62,777 nucleotides of DNA from a virus. Lineage: Duplodnaviria > Caudoviricetes. A model generated the notes under the pieces. The model saw only the letters and a list, made by a program, of their open reading frames with translations, ran no database searches and was not told the origin of the DNA. The stretch is taken from IMG/VR virus record IMGVR_UViG_3300022413_000011, positions 1 through 62,777 of that record. One strand, 5' to 3'. How positions within the stretch are numbered: position 1 is the stretch's first letter; each line of letters opens with the position of its first letter. The translations under genes and the position numbers were made by a program. This document shows, in pieces, positions 19,382 to 29,434 of the stretch.

Positions 19382-22300
19382 CTAAAACGAACTCATTATT
19401 GCAAAATCGCTAACTACACCCTGAGAACTGCGAGGTGTGTTTACGCTCAGATTGTAGTAGTTTGTGTTGTTGTAGTTGTTGGATGGCCCACTGGCATATG
19501 CTGGTGACTGTACGTTGCTCATCGACGCAGCGAGGGACGTGACCCCCACCATCACGGACTGCGCTGCATCCATGATGCTTTTTGCCCCATTCTGAATCCC
19601 CTTGGCAATGCCCTCAGAGAATGGTTCGCCCACCTCTTTGATGGCTACCTTGGATGGAGAGGCAGTCTTGGTTGCATCCTTTGCTGCTTTCCGCGCGGCC
19701 TCGCCAGCCTTTTGAGCAGCATGACGGATTTCATTTAACTTGTTCAGGATTCCGTCCGCGATACCCTGGCCAAATCTCTCACCAATCTCCACGCCCCAGT
19801 CAGCAAATTTCTCCTGCAAGAACCTGACCAACTCCTCAAACTTCTTTATCAGGTCTGCAACCATGCGATCTACGGTGCGCAGAACAGCCCTTCGCATATC
19901 CTCAAACATTTTCACGACTGCCTTGGTCATCTTGTCAACCAGGGCAATCAATTGGGTCTTGAGTAACTCAAACTGGGCTATAATCAGGAGTCTCATCGAC
20001 GTGACCAGTGATATGGTCGTGTCGTGCATATCCTGGAACCTGTCCACTACAAATATCTGAGTCTCCTCGACTAATGATGTGACCACCGTCTTCATGTCAG
20101 TGAAAAAGGTCAGCGTCTCGTCCAAGAACAAGGTCAGAATTGTGTTTACTTCCAACTTTGTCGCGTTGAACTGGGAAACCACCCCGATACGGAAAAAGAT
20201 AGCCTGGGCAACCAGCAGGGCAATGCCCAGGAGAGTTGACGACAGCAGTGTGTTAAACAGGGAGGGCATCGGGTCATCCTCTTTGGCTGACTTGATGCCA
20301 GCGAAGATGCCCTGTGTAATGGGTTGACCAATGTCGCGCTCTGCTTTTTTCGATGGAGACTTGGATTCCCACCACTCTCTGGCCGAGTCGTAGATGTATT
20401 TCATGGAGTTGTCCACGGACTCCTTGACACCTGCAATCTTGTCTAAGCCAGCCGTGATACCACTAATGACGCTCTCGCCCAGACCCTCTGCCTTTGTTTT
20501 TATACTGCCCAGGAGGTCAACGCTGATAACGGAGTCAAACATGTCGGTCAGGGACTTCTTGACTGTTGAAAAGCTTATCTCTACATACGCTTTAATCCCA
20601 TCCACCACGCTGTTGGCCATAGCCGTGCCAGACGATAGGAACCTAATGATGAAATCCGGTGACGATATGGCATCACGGATTTTTATGAACTTATCCTTTA
20701 TTGCCTGAACCTTTTCGTCTATTGCCTGTCCGATGCCGTCCAGGACACCATAAACAATTGGTTTGCCTATCTCCTCTGCTGCCAGGGTCGATGGCGAACT
20801 GATACCCCAGTACGCCTTGATTGCAACGGCAATCACGCGGAATATTGTGGCGATTTTCTCGTTGGTTATTTCATTCGCCGCGTCCAAGAGACCCTGGACT
20901 ACGCCGTCTATAATTGCTTGGCCTATTTCGTTGAATGACGGAATTACATCTGTGATAAATTTGCCCAGAAAAACCGTCCTGAATGTTGTCAGGTCTATTT
21001 CGCTACTGGTTGGTTTTAGTATGAACAAGAACAAGTTGAGTACAGCATCCTTGACAGCCTTCCAGTAATCAGCATCCGTGCTAAACACACCAGCCAACTG
21101 GGTGGGCAACGTCTCCGTTAGATAGTTAATCGCATTGGGCAGGGCCTCCCCGATGGCTACGGTGATATTCTCCTCAAGACTTGTGGCCATCCCTGAGAAC
21201 GCGCTGGATATGGAGCCCGAGATTCCCAGGGCCAACTTTTCTGGTTGAATCACGTGCGTGAGTGCGCCACCCAGACCCGTGTCAGCGTAGTTCCTTATGG
21301 ATGTGAGCATCCCATCGAAAAACACGGCAGCGTCAAAGCTCTCCCACGCCTTTTTTATTCTTTCCGTGATTGCAGGGATGTCTATGCCAAGTTCCTGGAG
21401 CCTGGTGTTAATCTTGGGAACATGCTCGTCCACCAAGTCTCTGAAGCCAAGGAAATTGCTCTGATACGCCTCGTAGAGAAGCCAGCCAGCCGTAATCACC
21501 CACCCAATAGGACCCGTGAGTAACCCAAGTGCCCTTCCCAGGAGAAGCGACACACCACGCAGGAGGCTAAACCTGGACACTAGTGGCAGCAGCAGTCTGC
21601 TAAGTGGGGCAAGGATAACCCCAAGAATTCTTATGGAGCCACTCAAAGCCTTAAATGGTGCCTTTATCAGGAGGAGGACGCGCACTAGACCTCGCAGCGC
21701 GCCAGAGAATATACCGGCTTGCGCAATGGACTTGATGAACAGGCCACCAGAAACAACTGCCTTTGTGCCCTTCCACACTGCTGTGAGCAGGAGTAGCATT
21801 TTTATGGTACTGAGCAGAGGGGATTCCCCCGTTGCAGGGTCACGCGGCTTGAGAAAATCTGGCAGGCTGTTGTTTATGTCCTCGAATGCCTTTTTCGCTG
21901 CATCGGCCATGTCGGTGAAGCTTTTCTTTATCTCTTTTATTTTGTTGTCAAATTCAGTGAGTGAACCAGCAAACCCAGCATCCTCCAGGGAGGGGAACTC
22001 ATGGGCGAACAGAGCCCCAAGGTCGTCCGATAGACCACCTACCCCATCGCTGGTATCCTTAATAACAATCTGCATGTCACGAAGTGGCTGGAGATCCACG
22101 CCAAATTTTGCAGCCTCAATGTCCCTGAGTTGCGCACGTATAGCTAACTCTTGCAACTCTAGCTGCGCAGCTACCTTCTCGGCCTCCGTTGCCGTTTCTG
22201 ACTCCAGAATCTTGCGCAACTCGGCCGCGCGCACAAGGTCCCTGAGTTCCTCGCGCTGTATCTGGATGGCTTTTAGCTGCCTTTCCAGTGGAGACAGGCC

Positions 22301-25300
22301 CTTCTTCATGGCCTTTGCCATGCTGCCAGCAGCGCCCTTGGCCTGGTCTAGCAGGGATTTCTGTTCTGCCAGCAGTTTGTTTTGCCCCTCCTGGAGACCC
22401 AGTCTCTCCTTGAAGTTGGCTATCTCGAATTCGGCTCTATCGACCGCACCCTTGGCCTGTTCAGACTCCGATTCCAGTTGGTCCTTCTTTACGTCTCGCT
22501 GTCTCTCCTGTAAACGTATTTGCTTGTTTAGCTGAATCTCTTCAATTCTAAGCTGAGTTGACCTCTGCTTATCGGACGAGATTCCAGGTGTAGAAAGAAT
22601 GCGAAACAGCTTGGCAAGTTCTTTCTCGTCTGCAATGTCCTGCTGCTGGTCCTTAATGCCTTGCAGACGGCCCTTCAGGGGGCTCAGGATGGTGTCAAAC
22701 AGCCTCATGGCACCATTGAGCCTACTCTGAGCTCTCTCGTAGTTCAGGGCGCTCCTGGCCACCTCTGAGTACCTTGAAATCAGACTGCCAATAGCAGGGC
22801 CAACCTTGGCACCCAGACTTCCTATGTCGGAAAATGTTTGGACGGAGACCTGGCCAAATCTGCGTATATCATCAATCGCCTGGGCAGTTATGTCGTTGGC
22901 CCTAAACTGAACCTCTGGGACGCTGGCCTTTTCTATCTGACCCGTACCAGCCAGGTTGTCCAGGATGGTACGAACGTTGGACCCAAAATCCTTCAAGGAC
23001 GCAAAGTCGGCTTTCTGCCAGCCCTGTAGATAAATGTTTGCTGCCTCTTCGCCCCACTTATCTATGTCTGGCACAATGCGCGGAGGTGATGCTGGTTGCA
23101 GGAAGTACGAAATCATGTTTCCGATGGCTGTCAGCGCACTGGCCACAGCTTCGACTGCTGCTGCCATACCAGAGGCAAATATCTCAACCGCGCGCTGACC
23201 CCAGGTGGCAAGCTGTGTCAAAAACGAGCTAAATGCAGTTGACAGGTTCGACAGAACCGACATGGTGCTTACCTGCACACTCAAAAACCCGGTAGTCCAC
23301 TCGGCAACCAAAAGGCCACCACCCGTAATCAGAAGACCAATCGGGGAAAGAACGGCTCCCAGGGCCGCGGACAGCAGACCCACGGCAACGACAACGGCAG
23401 CGATACCGACTGCTGTGACGGCAAACACGGCTGCAAACTTTACTACCTGTGGGTCAATACTCACGAGCGTATCGAACAGACCAGCGATTGCTGTCCTGAG
23501 ACGAGTGATTGCGCCAAAGAGGTACTCTCCAATCAGTTGACCAAGAGCGATTACGGATGCCCTCCAGTCACCATCTTCGTCCGTGAAGAAGTTCACCAAG
23601 CTCTCGAACCCCTCCTGGAGGGGACCCAGGAGAGCGATAAAGAAATCTCTCAGAGAGTTATTTTTGATGTCTCGCAGGGATGACAGCAAACCTGTAAGAG
23701 TCAGCGCGCTGGCCGCGGCTGCACCCTCGAACTCCTTGAAAAAGTCGCTTAGAACCTTGATGGCCAGACTGGAGGGCAAGAGCCCCTTTCTGGTCATCTT
23801 CTCCAGTTCTGTCCTGGTGACGCCGAGGTTATCAGCCAAAAGTTTTCTGATGGGGATACCGGCATTGGCAAGCTGACGAACCTCCTCACCAGCAAGCTTG
23901 CCCTTTGTCTGTATGTCGCCAATGGCTCTAGCCACATTCGCCAATTTCGCGGGGTCAGTACCAAACGCCGTACCGAAGTCCACAATTTGCTTGGTGAGTC
24001 CCCTCGACACGGCAGCAGGAATATCGCGCGTCACCAAATTGGTGAACACCTCCTGTATCTGCCCTGTCTCGAATGGAGACTTAATGGCCAGCCTATCAAA
24101 CTCCTGGGCCAAACCGCGCGCGAGGACCTTGGCCTTTTGCAGGTTCTCCACCTGGCTCGCCGTGGGGTCTGTTTGCGACAACTCCCTGAAGATAAATGCC
24201 GTGTTCGCAAACTGTAGCCTCTCAAACTGAGAAGCTACATCCAGGGATTGGGAGAACAGACGGCTAAACGCTCTGATTACTCCCTCCACAGAGTTTTTAA
24301 AGTTTACGACGCTGCGCACGGCAAACGCGGCCACGACAAACTTTCGAAATGTGCTGGTTGTTTGGGTGAGACGCTCCATCGACCGTTCGGCTCTACCAGT
24401 CTCCCTGGTGAAACCCTTGATAGGAGCAGCCAGGTTGGGCATTGACCCCTGGATACCCCCAACCACATTCTTGTAGTTGACCACGGCATCGAGCGATCTG
24501 TCCCAGCTTTTGTGTAGGACACCCACTGATTTGGCCAGATTAAAGATGGACGCGCTGGCCTTACCCGTATCAACCAATTTTCCAAGGGCAATTTTCCCAG
24601 CAGACCCACTCTTGCTTACGGCCACGCGGAATGCGTTGATGGCTCCCGCGGCATTCGTGTATGATGCCTGGACGCGCTTTCCTACGCTGTCCAGATTGGA
24701 TAGGGCTCCCTTGGCAGCGTTTATGGATTGACTGGACCTGCGAACGGCATCACTGACAGCAGCAGCAGCCTTCGCTACCTGCTGTTGGGACGCCCCCGGC
24801 GTTGTCAGGGCAGCACCATACTTCTGATACGCCAGAGTAACACGCGCCAGGTCAGTTGAGGCCAACTTCACGGCACTGGCCAAAGACCTGGCACCACCCA
24901 CTGCCTTTTGTGATTCTGCCTGATATGCACCCACGGCAGCAGATGCGTTTCTGGCTGCATCTGCTACCGCGTCTATACTGGCATCAGCAAGACCAAGAGA
25001 CTTGAGAGACGCAGACACACTTGCTGCCTTACCCTGTGCCTGGTCAAATTGCGTGACCAGGTCCTTCATGCTGGTGACACCTCTTCCAATGGAGGAGGCG
25101 TCTAGCCTTAGTTGGTCTGGCAGGTCTCCAAAGTCTTGGGCCAGTTGCCGAACCTGACTCGTGACTTTACTCAGGTCAGGGACTTGGGCATTGGGAATAT
25201 TTATGGACAGGCTCTTTTGAGCACCTACGGTCTGTTTTATTGCGTTGGCAACACCCCTGGTGTACTGACTCAGCCCCTTATTGAACTGAGATACATCAAA

Positions 25301-25327
25301 GACGCCTTTTAGACCTATTATTCTCAT
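19382..25327 (-). CDS. Tail tape measure protein
   Basis: 1981 aa, Ala-rich helical; AIKSPF...GKLAGEEVRQLANAGIP domain; repeated SPS motifs. Confidence 0.95.
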   Translation of the reverse strand: MRIIGLKGVFDVSQFNKGLSQYTRGVANAIKQTVGAQKSLSINIPNAQVPDLSKVTSQVRQLAQDFGDLPDQLRLDASSIGRGVTSMKDLVTQFDQAQGKAASVSASLKSLGLADASIDAVADAARNASAAVGAYQAESQKAVGGARSLASAVKLASTDLARVTLAYQKYGAALTTPGASQQQVAKAAAAVSDAVRRSSQSINAAKGALSNLDSVGKRVQASYTNAAGAINAFRVAVSKSGSAGKIALGKLVDTGKASASIFNLAKSVGVLHKSWDRSLDAVVNYKNVVGGIQGSMPNLAAPIKGFTRETGRAERSMERLTQTTSTFRKFVVAAFAVRSVVNFKNSVEGVIRAFSRLFSQSLDVASQFERLQFANTAFIFRELSQTDPTASQVENLQKAKVLARGLAQEFDRLAIKSPFETGQIQEVFTNLVTRDIPAAVSRGLTKQIVDFGTAFGTDPAKLANVARAIGDIQTKGKLAGEEVRQLANAGIPIRKLLADNLGVTRTELEKMTRKGLLPSSLAIKVLSDFFKEFEGAAAASALTLTGLLSSLRDIKNNSLRDFFIALLGPLQEGFESLVNFFTDEDGDWRASVIALGQLIGEYLFGAITRLRTAIAGLFDTLVSIDPQVVKFAAVFAVTAVGIAAVVVAVGLLSAALGAVLSPIGLLITGGGLLVAEWTTGFLSVQVSTMSVLSNLSTAFSSFLTQLATWGQRAVEIFASGMAAAVEAVASALTAIGNMISYFLQPASPPRIVPDIDKWGEEAANIYLQGWQKADFASLKDFGSNVRTILDNLAGTGQIEKASVPEVQFRANDITAQAIDDIRRFGQVSVQTFSDIGSLGAKVGPAIGSLISRYSEVARSALNYERAQSRLNGAMRLFDTILSPLKGRLQGIKDQQQDIADEKELAKLFRILSTPGISSDKQRSTQLRIEEIQLNKQIRLQERQRDVKKDQLESESEQAKGAVDRAEFEIANFKERLGLQEGQNKLLAEQKSLLDQAKGAAGSMAKAMKKGLSPLERQLKAIQIQREELRDLVRAAELRKILESETATEAEKVAAQLELQELAIRAQLRDIEAAKFGVDLQPLRDMQIVIKDTSDGVGGLSDDLGALFAHEFPSLEDAGFAGSLTEFDNKIKEIKKSFTDMADAAKKAFEDINNSLPDFLKPRDPATGESPLLSTIKMLLLLTAVWKGTKAVVSGGLFIKSIAQAGIFSGALRGLVRVLLLIKAPFKALSGSIRILGVILAPLSRLLLPLVSRFSLLRGVSLLLGRALGLLTGPIGWVITAGWLLYEAYQSNFLGFRDLVDEHVPKINTRLQELGIDIPAITERIKKAWESFDAAVFFDGMLTSIRNYADTGLGGALTHVIQPEKLALGISGSISSAFSGMATSLEENITVAIGEALPNAINYLTETLPTQLAGVFSTDADYWKAVKDAVLNLFLFILKPTSSEIDLTTFRTVFLGKFITDVIPSFNEIGQAIIDGVVQGLLDAANEITNEKIATIFRVIAVAIKAYWGISSPSTLAAEEIGKPIVYGVLDGIGQAIDEKVQAIKDKFIKIRDAISSPDFIIRFLSSGTAMANSVVDGIKAYVEISFSTVKKSLTDMFDSVISVDLLGSIKTKAEGLGESVISGITAGLDKIAGVKESVDNSMKYIYDSAREWWESKSPSKKAERDIGQPITQGIFAGIKSAKEDDPMPSLFNTLLSSTLLGIALLVAQAIFFRIGVVSQFNATKLEVNTILTLFLDETLTFFTDMKTVVTSLVEETQIFVVDRFQDMHDTTISLVTSMRLLIIAQFELLKTQLIALVDKMTKAVVKMFEDMRRAVLRTVDRMVADLIKKFEELVRFLQEKFADWGVEIGERFGQGIADGILNKLNEIRHAAQKAGEAARKAAKDATKTASPSKVAIKEVGEPFSEGIAKGIQNGAKSIMDAAQSVMVGVTSLAASMSNVQSPAYASGPSNNYNNTNYYNLSVNTPRSSQGVVSDFAIMSSF

Positions 25328-25630
25328 CTGCCTTTACGACCCCTTTTCCTGTTCCTGTTCTTTGAGTCTCTCTCAGACCTTTCCTCGGACAACTTTTGCT
25401 CGTATGCTTCTATGGTGAGCTTTGTCCGTCGTGTTGCCACAGCGTATGCCTTGTCCTCCTCGCTCAAGCTTAAAAATTCAGTGAGGGTAAGATTCAGTTC
25501 AGACGCTATGGTCGATTGCTCATACGTTGTCCCGTGTCGCCAATTGGTGTCCGGTAGCCTCTTGCGTATGTCCTCCAGCGACAACGATTGGTCCAGTTCC
25601 CTGTCCGTTATGTACCGGATCTCGAAAAGA
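25324..25630 (-). CDS. Tail assembly chaperone, frameshifted (GT-type) C-terminal extension
   Basis: +1 frame open from just upstream of TCT TTT CGA (25630-25622) to 25324; ELNLTLTEFLSL motif. Confidence 0.65.
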
Positions 25631-26143
25631 GTCTTCTGCTATTTGAATCGACTCCTCTGACACACCAGACATGCTGGTCACGGTTTTTACAAGATGTTCC
25701 AGTTGTTCGTCGGTGATGTGGTACATCAAGTAATCGACTTTTAGGACATCTTCATCGGTAGGGACAGGTGCTCCCATCTGCGTATATATAGACATCCACT
25801 CTGTGTCATCCTCGGGGATTCTAAAGCTTGTCCCATACACGAAGATGACATTCATAATGGCTGTGTTGTGCTTGTCCTCAATATCAGACCGTTGCTCGGT
25901 GTACGCCTCCCACTTGGCAGCATCGCCCGGTGTTTCGGCAGCAACCTGGGCATCCATTGGCCACCACTCCTCTTTTCCAGATGCCGTTTTGACCATGTAT
26001 TTTGGTCTCTCAGGCATCTTGAAAGACTTCTGGACCATGCCCATTCTCATCTTGTTGACTCGTCTAAACTTTACTACCACCCCATTATCCAGCGTGATAA
26101 ATGGAGCAGGATCACTCTGTGGTAAATTTTCTGTTGACATCAT
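25520..26143 (-). CDS. Tail assembly chaperone (G-type)
   Basis: Between tail tube and tape measure genes; CGGAGG RBS. Confidence 0.75.
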   Translation of the reverse strand: MMSTENLPQSDPAPFITLDNGVVVKFRRVNKMRMGMVQKSFKMPERPKYMVKTASGKEEWWPMDAQVAAETPGDAAKWEAYTEQRSDIEDKHNTAIMNVIFVYGTSFRIPEDDTEWMSIYTQMGAPVPTDEDVLKVDYLMYHITDEQLEHLVKTVTSMSGVSEESIQIAEDSFRDPVHNGQGTGPIVVAGGHTQEATGHQLATRDNV

Positions 26144-26176
26144 GCCTCCGATTTACCCCCGTTTTACACTTATGGA

Positions 26177-26217
26177 CCGAGGGGGGACGCACGGAGGTCG
26201 GAAGCGTCCCCCCTCGG
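26177..26217 (-). promoter_or_regulatory. GC-rich hairpin (14-bp stem) between tail tube and chaperone genes
   Basis: CCGAGGGGGGACGC / GCGTCCCCCCTCGG, 13-nt loop, no U-tail. Confidence 0.7.
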
Positions 26218-26260
26218 GTTCCAACTAGAAACATTTGTTTCTCATCAGGATACAAATTGC

Positions 26261-27730
26261 CTATGAAGCATCTCCACTGGCAATGAATCCTGTGGATGCC
26301 TGTGCGTTTCCACAGACGAAAAACTTTCTGTCGTCACAGATGAACAGGTCGGTGAGCCCGGTGTTGGTTGGGACCGTAATGGGCTCCCAGTAGAATCCAC
26401 CCGTTACCGTGCGCAGCACAACGCTGTTTCCACCACCCGTGGTGTGAATCATGTAGCCAAGAATCTCGTTTCTAAACGCCATTTGCGCGATAGACCCGGT
26501 TCCCGACCCAGAGAATGTTCGCTGGGTCCAGGTGACACCGGCATCGGCAGTGCTATAGATGTTGCCGTTCCCATAGCCAACCCATGCGCGGTTTCGATCC
26601 AAGCATGTCACGGCTGTGATGTCTTGACCTGCCTGTGGACCAGTGATGGCCTCCCAAGCAACTCCACCGTCGATGGAACGGGCCAGCGCGTTACTCGCGC
26701 CCCCCATCCATCCATCGGTTGCACTTGAGAAGTGAATGTCATTGATTACACCAGTCGTGACAACCCCTGCATCCTGAACCGTCCAGGTCACACCAGAATC
26801 ATCAGACTTGTAGATGTATCCGTCATCGGTGCCAACGAAAACATTTCTCAGGTCATACGCGCTCAGTGATGTGACATACTGGCCAGTCACAACGCCCACG
26901 TCAACAGCGGTCCATGTTGCACCACTGTCATCGCTGTAGGCCACTTCTGCTGCTGCGCCTGCATCGGTCTCTGCTCGAGACACCACAACACGGAACTGGT
27001 CAGCACCGAGGTCCAAGCCCACGATGTCGCCACAATCCTCGTCAATCCCAAATGGGTCTGCTGCTGCTGCTGTCCAGGTTCCTCCAGAATCGGTGGTTTT
27101 CAAGACATTAGCTGTCACGCCAGCCCCGGCTGCGCAGGACGCATAGCCGATCTGACACGATTTGCGCGCGGGGGTTGTGGCCGTCCGCGGACGAGCATCA
27201 CCCACGAACACGATGCTATCAACGTTGTTCACTTCCGAAATCGCCTGTCTGGAGATGGCTTGCGCAGTCACCTTGATGACTGCCTCTGCTTCCAGGTCGT
27301 ACGTGTTCAGAGAGGCATCTGTCTCATCAGGGTCACGCGCTGCGATGTTCGTACTACCGCGGCTGGTAATCTTGGTGTTGACAAATGCTTGCGAACGCAG
27401 GTAATTGCTAAAGTTGTCCCGTCGTCCCGTGCGCACTTTGTGTGCAAACATGGTGAAAGGGAACGCTGGGTCAATCTTCTCCATCTCGGAAAGTGTGTCT
27501 GACATCGTCTCTTCCAACGAGAAGGACGGTGCGTCACCGGCTCCACGGATGGAGCCAACCACCTTGAATGCCCCAGCTTTTGTTTCGTCAGGGCAGTAAA
27601 TCAGGGTAATATCACCCTCTGGTATATCAACATCCCCCAAGCTGGCACACCCGATGTACATGGGTGCCGTATTGGGACCGTCGCTTTGAACCCAAAGAGA
27701 TGAATCACCACTGGTAAGAGTTTCAGCCAT
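26261..27730 (-). CDS. Major tail (tube) protein fused to an Asp-box/BNR beta-propeller
   Basis: Position before the chaperone; SDDSGATW, SDDSGVTW, SIDGGVAW, TADAGVTW repeats. Confidence 0.7.
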   Translation of the reverse strand: MAETLTSGDSSLWVQSDGPNTAPMYIGCASLGDVDIPEGDITLIYCPDETKAGAFKVVGSIRGAGDAPSFSLEETMSDTLSEMEKIDPAFPFTMFAHKVRTGRRDNFSNYLRSQAFVNTKITSRGSTNIAARDPDETDASLNTYDLEAEAVIKVTAQAISRQAISEVNNVDSIVFVGDARPRTATTPARKSCQIGYASCAAGAGVTANVLKTTDSGGTWTAAAADPFGIDEDCGDIVGLDLGADQFRVVVSRAETDAGAAAEVAYSDDSGATWTAVDVGVVTGQYVTSLSAYDLRNVFVGTDDGYIYKSDDSGVTWTVQDAGVVTTGVINDIHFSSATDGWMGGASNALARSIDGGVAWEAITGPQAGQDITAVTCLDRNRAWVGYGNGNIYSTADAGVTWTQRTFSGSGTGSIAQMAFRNEILGYMIHTTGGGNSVVLRTVTGGFYWEPITVPTNTGLTDLFICDDRKFFVCGNAQASTGFIASGDAS

Positions 27731-28199
27731 TGCTGTTATCCTCCACTAATGAAATAATCGTATTTGCGTTTAATCTCAGCAAGGAAGAGATTACCCCTGC
27801 GACCTCGCTGGGACGAGTTCTCAGGTCATGCGTATCAAAATAGCCTGCTTTGCGCAGAGCTTTTGCTACCGTTTTCGGTGTGAGCGTAATGGTCGGTAGG
27901 ACTTCCTCCCACTCAACCCCGTGTGGGATGGCCTCTGAGACAACTGCCTTGCCATCCTGAACGCTCATTTTGGGGAGCCATCCCCGTTTCAGGTCCCCAT
28001 TCTCGGCCCATTGCACGAGTACGTTGTTATCGGCTCTGTCAACCTGCCTAACTTGTACTCTCCGCGACAAACTTGGCGAGGGCTTCTTCGAGCTCTGCTT
28101 CGAACTGTGGGCCGACTTCTTCCTCGACCGCGGACTCGAAGTCTCTGGCTGGGAATCCGGGGTGCCTGACTGGTCTAAAGACTCTTCTGTTTCTAGCAT
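27723..28199 (-). CDS. Hypothetical protein
   Basis: ATG 28199 with AGGAGG RBS (alternative TTG 28070). Confidence 0.6.
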   Translation of the reverse strand: MLETEESLDQSGTPDSQPETSSPRSRKKSAHSSKQSSKKPSPSLSRRVQVRQVDRADNNVLVQWAENGDLKRGWLPKMSVQDGKAVVSEAIPHGVEWEEVLPTITLTPKTVAKALRKAGYFDTHDLRTRPSEVAGVISSLLRLNANTIISLVEDNSNG

Positions 28200-28545
28200 G
28201 TCTGCCTCCTGAACGAGCAGATAAACTGCCCGGAGTTGTTTTTGCTGTGTAATCTGCAATCCTGAGATACCCGTAGTTGATTGGGGCAATATCGTGGGGA
28301 GGGGCCCCGTCGTTGACCAGCGTGTACACATCATCCTCCACGTATGCCTCAAAAAATATTTCCTGGCCGCGCGTGCTCTGCCGTCTACGAGCCTGGACTT
28401 TCCTGGTCCAGGTCTTCGTGGGTCTCTCAAGCCCTCTTTTGGCACGAACACTGTTCCTGCGTACCACGTCTGCCAGGTCCTTTTTGAATCCAGATGACCT
28501 GTCTTTTCTCTTGGGAACTATGCTCTGGAATCTGATTCTGCTCAT
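28048..28545 (-). CDS. Neck/tail completion protein (HK97 gp10-like)
   Basis: Basic protein; VNDGAPPHDI and VRHPGFPARDF motifs. Confidence 0.65.
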   Translation of the reverse strand: MSRIRFQSIVPKRKDRSSGFKKDLADVVRRNSVRAKRGLERPTKTWTRKVQARRRQSTRGQEIFFEAYVEDDVYTLVNDGAPPHDIAPINYGYLRIADYTAKTTPGSLSARSGGRHARNRRVFRPVRHPGFPARDFESAVEEEVGPQFEAELEEALAKFVAESTS

Positions 28546-28646
28546 TTGCCAACGACTCTGATTGAAATTGCAATATGTGTGCCTGTATAGGTTTTTAACA
28601 TCAGGTGGAGAACTGGGCGTTTGGGAACCAGTCGCCAAAAACCGTA

Positions 28647-28847
28647 CTAAACGCTCTCCATAGGTTCATGCCCTAGAGCATGAGCCTTTTCTTGTTCCTC
28701 CCCATCGTTCAACTGCTTGCCAACTTTTTTAAGAAGGGCCAGAACCCACAGAAGTACGGTGAGGCAGCACGCGCCCACCAGGAACGTGCCACACGCCATG
28801 AGAATGAAAGCAAAAGCAATAAATTCAGCGAACCATTGACCCCACAT
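28647..28847 (-). CDS. Small membrane protein
   Basis: Long hydrophobic segment. Confidence 0.55.
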   Translation of the reverse strand: MWGQWFAEFIAFAFILMACGTFLVGACCLTVLLWVLALLKKVGKQLNDGEEQEKAHALGHEPMESV

Positions 28848-29276
28848 CTATGTGATTCTCCCACCCTTGTACACCTTGACTTCCTCATACTCCCTGGTGT
28901 CCCAACGGTACACCCTCTTCGTTGTGGGTAGTCCACCGTAGACCACTTTCCCACTGTCAATGTCCCATCTTTCTATGGTGGAGGGAACACCTGGCACACC
29001 CTTGCTGGCGTTTCTCTTTGCCATTTTCAAACCCAGCTTCTCTGCCCACGCCTTCCAGCTACACATTGTTTTTAAGATGTACGACGCGCTGGGAATGGGA
29101 TGGGACCTGTGGGCATCAAAGTGGGACGTAGATGGCATATGCCCATCACTAGACAGCCTGAGTATCTCGCGGGCTACCATCGCTTCTCGTTCGTCAACAC
29201 CTATCTTTGACCACCCAGTTTTACTTGGCATACAGACCCTTTCTACATTACGGTTTCTTAATTGGGGTCTGCGCAA
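28848..29276 (-). CDS. Putative DNA-binding protein with homing-endonuclease-associated repeat-like segment
   Basis: GHMPSTSHFD...PSASYILKTMCSWKAWAEKLGL. Confidence 0.5.
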   Translation of the reverse strand: MRRPQLRNRNVERVCMPSKTGWSKIGVDEREAMVAREILRLSSDGHMPSTSHFDAHRSHPIPSASYILKTMCSWKAWAEKLGLKMAKRNASKGVPGVPSTIERWDIDSGKVVYGGLPTTKRVYRWDTREYEEVKVYKGGRIT

Positions 29277-29296
29277 AAGCTGTACAAACCCCCCAA

Positions 29297-29333
29297 AATA
29301 GGTTCTGATTATTTATAGAAATGAGAACCTATT
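29297..29333. promoter_or_regulatory. Inverted repeat, candidate operator in an AT-rich intergenic gap
   Basis: AATAGGTTCT-17 bp-AGAACCTATT upstream of 29276. Confidence 0.5.
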
Positions 29334-29357
29334 GCAAATAATCAGCTTAACCTTGCC

Positions 29358-29429
29358 TTACCACAGGAGCAGCATGACTATCACCACAAAGGCTATCATG
29401 ACCCAGTACAGGGCATCTCCATTCCTCAT
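29358..29429 (-). CDS. 23-aa single-TM micropeptide
   Basis: MRNGDALYWVMIAFVVIVMLLLW; GGGAG upstream. Confidence 0.45.
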   Translation of the reverse strand: MRNGDALYWVMIAFVVIVMLLLW

Positions 29430-29434
29430 TGTAA

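Noticed and set aside
19740-25312. Many plus-strand ORFs opposite the tape measure gene (also 33916..35754 and 42444..43139)
   Set aside because: Antisense shadows of long, biased coding sequences; no RBS or motifs
26261-27730. Photosystem II assembly factor Ycf48 as an auxiliary metabolic gene
   Set aside because: Generic Asp-box repeats in the tail tube gene position; no photosynthesis context
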